From NCBI GenBank assembly GCA_963783575.1, contig CAWAOD010000004.1, positions 64,001 through 128,000 of the forward strand: a stretch of 64,000 bases of DNA, written 5' to 3'. This stretch comes from an uncultured Spirochaetota bacterium. GTDB lineage: Bacteria; Spirochaetota; Brevinematia; Brevinematales; JAOACQ01. Shown piece after piece: positions 59,899 to 64,000 of the stretch (positions are counted from its first letter, which is position 1; every line of letters begins with the position of its first letter). Under the pieces are notes generated by a model. The model did no database searches, had not been told where the DNA came from, and worked only from the letters and a program-made list of their open reading frames with translations. The translations under genes and the position numbers were made by a program.

Positions 59899-60759
59899 CT
59901 ATTTTTCTTTCCACTCCGATATTTCTTCCAGAATATTGACCCTGTCAGACGCATCCTGGGTTTTGATAACCAGGCCGCGTTCCGAATCCTCGATCCAGAA
60001 AAACAATTTTTTTGAATAATTTTCCAGCAGCTTTCCAAGGAAAGGATCGGCTGGTTCTCCTCCCACTTTAATGGTATTGAACCTTCCGGCTTTTGTCTCT
60101 ATTACTTCCCGGCCTTTAATCTCAAAATATACCGGAATAGGTTCCTTGATTATATCAGAAACCAGATATATAATTCCGTTTTTATTATAATCAAATAATC
60201 TGGCCCCGATAAACCCTAAAGACTCGAGATTCTGGACTGGAAAATCCGGTTTAATTTTTATACGGCTTGATTTTGATTTAATTTCTTCCCCATCCCAGAC
60301 TTGCTCTTTGTAATCAACCTGTCCTTTAGTTTTGTCAACCAGAAATTCACCTTCTATTCTTCCTTTGAAATTATTGGATATTAATGATTTTAACTGATCC
60401 TGAAAATCAATCCGGTTATATATTAAGGAACCATCCTCAAGGTCAATTGCAAATTTCCTGTGGTAATTTGTGTAATTTTCAGGAAGTTTAAAATCTGATT
60501 TAAGCTCAATTCCTTCCCTGTATAAAAATAGCTTTTTCCCATCGGGCGAAACCCGGGTTACCAGATAAAAATCGACGGTTTTCTCACCGGATTGATACTG
60601 GCTGTATTTCAAATACTCTCTGTCTTTAATGACCAGCTTTTTCGGCTTCATAGGGACCATTATGATTTCTTTTGTACCCATCGGGAAACAAACCGAAATT
60701 TGCATTATAAGAAGCATAATTCCTATCAGAAGGAATTTAATTCCGGATATTTTTTGCAT
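59899..60759 (-). CDS. Secreted hypothetical protein, tandem paralog 2 (DUF3108-like C-terminus)
   Basis: Signal-like N-terminus; GREVIETKAGRFNTIKV; highly similar to 60851-61714. Confidence 0.75.
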   Translation of the reverse strand: MQKISGIKFLLIGIMLLIMQISVCFPMGTKEIIMVPMKPKKLVIKDREYLKYSQYQSGEKTVDFYLVTRVSPDGKKLFLYREGIELKSDFKLPENYTNYHRKFAIDLEDGSLIYNRIDFQDQLKSLISNNFKGRIEGEFLVDKTKGQVDYKEQVWDGEEIKSKSSRIKIKPDFPVQNLESLGFIGARLFDYNKNGIIYLVSDIIKEPIPVYFEIKGREVIETKAGRFNTIKVGGEPADPFLGKLLENYSKKLFFWIEDSERGLVIKTQDASDRVNILEEISEWKEK

Positions 60760-60850
60760 TTAACTCTCCTGAAATTTATTCTATTTTAAAAGTGAATTTT
60801 GTAATTTATTCTATTAGAGATCATTATATACAGGCACTCCGGTGAAATGC

Positions 60851-61714
60851 TTACTTTTCTTTCCACTGAGATATTTCTTCCAGGATATTAACTTTGTCAT
60901 CAGCGTCCTGGGTTTTAATAACCAGGCCGCGCTCCGAGTCCTCGATCCAGAAAAACATTTTTTTTGAATAATTTTCAAGCAGTTTTCCAAGGAAGGGGTC
61001 TGCGGATTCCCCTCCAACTTTTATAGTGTTGAATCTTCCGGCTTTTGTCTCTATTACTTCCCGGCCTTTTATCTCGAAATAACAGGGAACAGGTTCTTTT
61101 ACAGCCCCAGGAGCCACCAGATATATAATTCCATTTTTGGAATAATCAAATAATCTGGCTCCGATAAAACCTAAAGAATCGATGTCCAGAATCGGAAAAT
61201 CCGGTTTAATTTTTATCCGGCTGGTTCTTATCTTAATTTCTTCCCCATCCCAGATTTGCTCTTTATAATCTGCCCGTTCTTTTATTTTGTCAATCAGTAG
61301 TTCACTCTCAATTTTCCCTTTGAAATTGTTGGATATTAACGATTTTATCTGATACAGAAAATCATCCTGATGATATATTAAGGAAGCATCATCAAGGCTG
61401 ATTATAAATTTCCTGTGATAATTCGTGTAATTTTCAGGAAGTTTAAAATCTGATTTAAGCTCAATCCCTTCTCTATATAAAAAGAGTTTTTTCCCATCCT
61501 GCGAAAGCCGGGTTACAAGATAAAAATCCGTGGTTTTCTCACCGGATTCATACTTACTGTATTTCAAATACTCCCCATCTTTGATTACAAGTTTTTTCGG
61601 CTTCATAGGTACATTTACAATTTCTTTTAAGCCCATCGGGAAACAAACCGAGCTTTGAATTATAAGAAAGATAATCCCGATCATATAAATCTTAAAAATA
61701 ACCATTTTTTGCAT
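60851..61714 (-). CDS. Secreted hypothetical protein, tandem paralog 1 (DUF3108-like C-terminus)
   Basis: As above; AGGAG RBS. Confidence 0.75.
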   Translation of the reverse strand: MQKMVIFKIYMIGIIFLIIQSSVCFPMGLKEIVNVPMKPKKLVIKDGEYLKYSKYESGEKTTDFYLVTRLSQDGKKLFLYREGIELKSDFKLPENYTNYHRKFIISLDDASLIYHQDDFLYQIKSLISNNFKGKIESELLIDKIKERADYKEQIWDGEEIKIRTSRIKIKPDFPILDIDSLGFIGARLFDYSKNGIIYLVAPGAVKEPVPCYFEIKGREVIETKAGRFNTIKVGGESADPFLGKLLENYSKKMFFWIEDSERGLVIKTQDADDKVNILEEISQWKEK

Positions 61715-61734
61715 TTGACTCTCCTGAAAATTTC

Positions 61735-62055
61735 CTATTTTAAAAGTAAAATTATACCAATCACAACAGTAATTGATCCAAAAATATTATATGCATTAAT
61801 TTTTTCCCTGAATATAAGGTAAGACATAATTCCGACAATTGCAATACAGGCTCCTGAAAATATCGGGTAAGCAATACTCATATTTATGTTTTTTAGAGCT
61901 TTTGTAAAAAAGAAAGCATTTACACCCCCAAATAATAATCCTGATGAAAAAACTATATACCATATAAAATCATTCTGCCGGTTTGCTATGCTTTTATATA
62001 GAAACTGGGAAATCATATTAAAAGCAATCGATAAAAATAAATAGCCCATAATCAA
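61735..62055 (-). CDS. SMR/DMT family small transporter
   Basis: Four TM segments; KALKNINMSIAYPI and IFREKI motifs. Confidence 0.8.
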   Translation of the reverse strand: MIMGYLFLSIAFNMISQFLYKSIANRQNDFIWYIVFSSGLLFGGVNAFFFTKALKNINMSIAYPIFSGACIAIVGIMSYLIFREKINAYNIFGSITVVIGIILLLK

Positions 62056-62222
62056 CTCTTGAATAATTTCTTCAACAAGCGTGCCGCTTGATCCGGGTAT
62101 GATTCCCCGCAGTTTACTGCGTTAGCTATCAAGTTGGCCTCCCATTATACTGTATTTATAATACACCACAGCTTCGGGGATAGTTTATTACAAATTTTAT
62201 AATTATAATGTAATATTTTCAA

Positions 62223-62276
62223 TACGCTTTTCGGGTGAATTTAAGGGAATTTTAAAAAATCACCCCTTCGGGTTAT
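62223..62276. promoter_or_regulatory. Paired imperfect palindromes, candidate LuxR/NarL-type binding sites
   Basis: TACGCTTTTCGGGTGA and TCACCCCTTCGGGTTA between the LuxR gene and the SMR operon. Confidence 0.4.
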
Positions 62277-62330
62277 TTCAGGTAAAACTATTTTTTTAGG
62301 AAATGATTTATTATTGTTTTAATAACAGGT

Positions 62331-63272
62331 CTATACATTATCAGGCTTCACAAGATTGACAAGTTCTACCCGGTTGCTGACATTCAGTTTTTCATAAATA
62401 TGCTGGATGTGTTTTTTAACGGTATTTTCAGAAATGAAAAGCTCTTCGCCTATCCGCTGTTTGTTATAACCTTTGATGAGATATGAGATAATTTCCATTT
62501 CTCTTGCGGTAATGCCTCTTTTAAGCAAAATTTCAGGATTGCCGCCGTTTTTTTTAAGGCTCTTTTCCTGTTTAAAAGAAAAAAAAGATTTGAGAGAGTA
62601 AATTAAAAAGAAAGAATTCCATAAAAGATAAAACAAAAGCAGTATCAGCCAGTTTTTCAGGAAACTTTCCGAATAGTAATTCGCGGAAAACTTAAAAATA
62701 TTCCAGTAAATATCCATAATAACAAAACTGATAAAGAACATGATAATTATAATGATCATTCTCCTTATTTCCGGCGATTGTATTTTTCTGTAATAAAAAG
62801 CGGTTAATACCGCAGGATAAATTAGAGTTAAGAAAAATAGGCCGTTTATCATATTTTCATTTGGAATCAAAATAATATAACCGTTTTTTGCAGGTATCTT
62901 TGTGAAAATGGGTAATATTTCAAGAAAAACGACGGTTAAGGTTAATAATAAAAAAAGTATATTCCCGATTTTAATGAAAGGTACCGAGAGCAGCCTGTGG
63001 AAAAGGAAGGGCATTATAAAAATCAAAAGAAAAGAAAATTCTTTACCGGTAAAATAAAGAATAACCATAGACGTTGTTTCCATAGGGGAATTGATCCGGT
63101 AATAAAATAAGAAATTGTTAAGCATTAGCCGGACGGCAATAATCAAAAAAAAGAAGGCAATGTAAATCAGCATCCGGTTTTTATCCCTGAAATAAGCGGC
63201 GAGACAGAAAATTAAAGAAGCGACTCCAAGGGAAAACGATATAAAAAAAGAAAATATTATAAATAACTGCAT
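62331..63272 (-). CDS. Membrane-anchored LuxR-family regulator
   Basis: About seven TM segments, then ITAREMEI...G....IGEELFISENTVKKHIQHIYEKL. Confidence 0.9.
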   Translation of the reverse strand: MQLFIIFSFFISFSLGVASLIFCLAAYFRDKNRMLIYIAFFFLIIAVRLMLNNFLFYYRINSPMETTSMVILYFTGKEFSFLLIFIMPFLFHRLLSVPFIKIGNILFLLLTLTVVFLEILPIFTKIPAKNGYIILIPNENMINGLFFLTLIYPAVLTAFYYRKIQSPEIRRMIIIIIMFFISFVIMDIYWNIFKFSANYYSESFLKNWLILLLFYLLWNSFFLIYSLKSFFSFKQEKSLKKNGGNPEILLKRGITAREMEIISYLIKGYNKQRIGEELFISENTVKKHIQHIYEKLNVSNRVELVNLVKPDNV

Positions 63273-63430
63273 AATTTTATCTTCAACCTTTCATATTTTA
63301 CCGGACTGCCGGATTAAAGTCAAACAGGAATATATACAAATAACCGATTTTAATTTCAGCCGATTCTTGCAAATAATCCTTTATTTATCTAACATATTTC
63401 ATTGCAGATTTATCGTAGAGGGGAAAATGT

Positions 63431-64000
63431 ATGCCCGCCGGATCGTTTTATTATGAAATCCATTCCAGAATATTGATGGAAAAACTGACTTTAAAAAGAA
63501 ATCCCACCGACTACCAATCTTACATTGAAACTTTCCGCGAATCGCTGGTCGACGCGAATCCGCACCAGATTGAGTCGGTAGTGTTCGCCCTCGAGAAGCT
63601 GGAATCCGGAGGCTGCATCCTGGCAGATGAAACGGGCCTGGGCAAAACCATCGAAGCCGGCCTTGTGATAAGCCAGTACAGGGCGATGAGGAAGTTTAAA
63701 ATTCTTATTCTGGTCCCGACTTCGCTGGCCGGGCAATGGAATAACGAGCTGAGGAAGCTTTTTCAGATTCCGTCATTGATTATTTCCACAAAAGACAGGG
63801 CCGGGAAAAGGCCTGAAGAATTTATGGATTTGTTAGGAAATAGCTCGGTCTGTATTCTTGGAAGGGAATTCGCGAGCAGGCTTGAAAAGGAAAAAATCCT
63901 CTCAAAAATAAACTGGGATTTGATTATTATCGATGAAGCGCATGAAATCTTTGCCTCAATTTATAAGCGTTTCAGTCCGAGAACGGGAGAATATCTCCAC
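63431..64000 (+). CDS. SNF2-family helicase, N-terminal part (runs off window)
   Basis: Not in the ORF track. My translation gives NPHQIESV, ILADETGLGKTIEAG, LILVP.SL..QW..EL and WDLIIIDEAH. Confidence 0.88.
   Translation, partial: MPAGSFYYEIHSRILMEKLTLKRNPTDYQSYIETFRESLVDANPHQIESVVFALEKLESGGCILADETGLGKTIEAGLVISQYRAMRKFKILILVPTSLAGQWNNELRKLFQIPSLIISTKDRAGKRPEEFMDLLGNSSVCILGREFASRLEKEKILSKINWDLIIIDEAHEIFASIYKRFSPRTGEYLH

Noticed and set aside
62095..62190. ATTCCCCGCAGTTTACTGCG...ATACACCACAGCTTCGGGGA considered as IS200/IS605-like end remnants
   Set aside because: Resemblance only; too degenerate, single copy and no associated transposase.

Overview
AT-rich bacterial chromosomal window, probably from a diderm anaerobe (spirochaete-like is a guess, not demonstrable here). 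A small housekeeping core (MalK/MsmX ATPase, LysM-M23 protein, RNase P RNA, gltX, LOG) sits among accessory genes: small regulator-led operons (TetR, ArsR, PadR, LuxR, a sigma54 activator), a Lol/FtsX-type ABC operon, a TolC-MacAB efflux operon, a CoA-activase and repeat proteins. About seven single-base frameshifts lie at or beside short homopolymer runs, so the split genes are probably assembly errors. Main observations: (1) an operon of two J-domain proteins and a SIR2-like/TPR protein, a candidate undescribed defence module; (2) nested non-coding elements, namely a ~350-bp structured element in two inverted copies around an orphan ~920-aa membrane gene, a ~93-nt three-hairpin repeat with compensatory base changes, a 149-bp MITE (3 copies, 2 in RTCCTT hairpin loops of those repeats) and an IS1182-type element inserted in a hairpin loop; (3) an excisionase-type HTH fused to a degenerate ABC ATPase upstream of an intact MalK; (4) a sigma54 operon with an acetate kinase and a degenerate paralog. 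No CRISPR array, rRNA or tRNA was seen.
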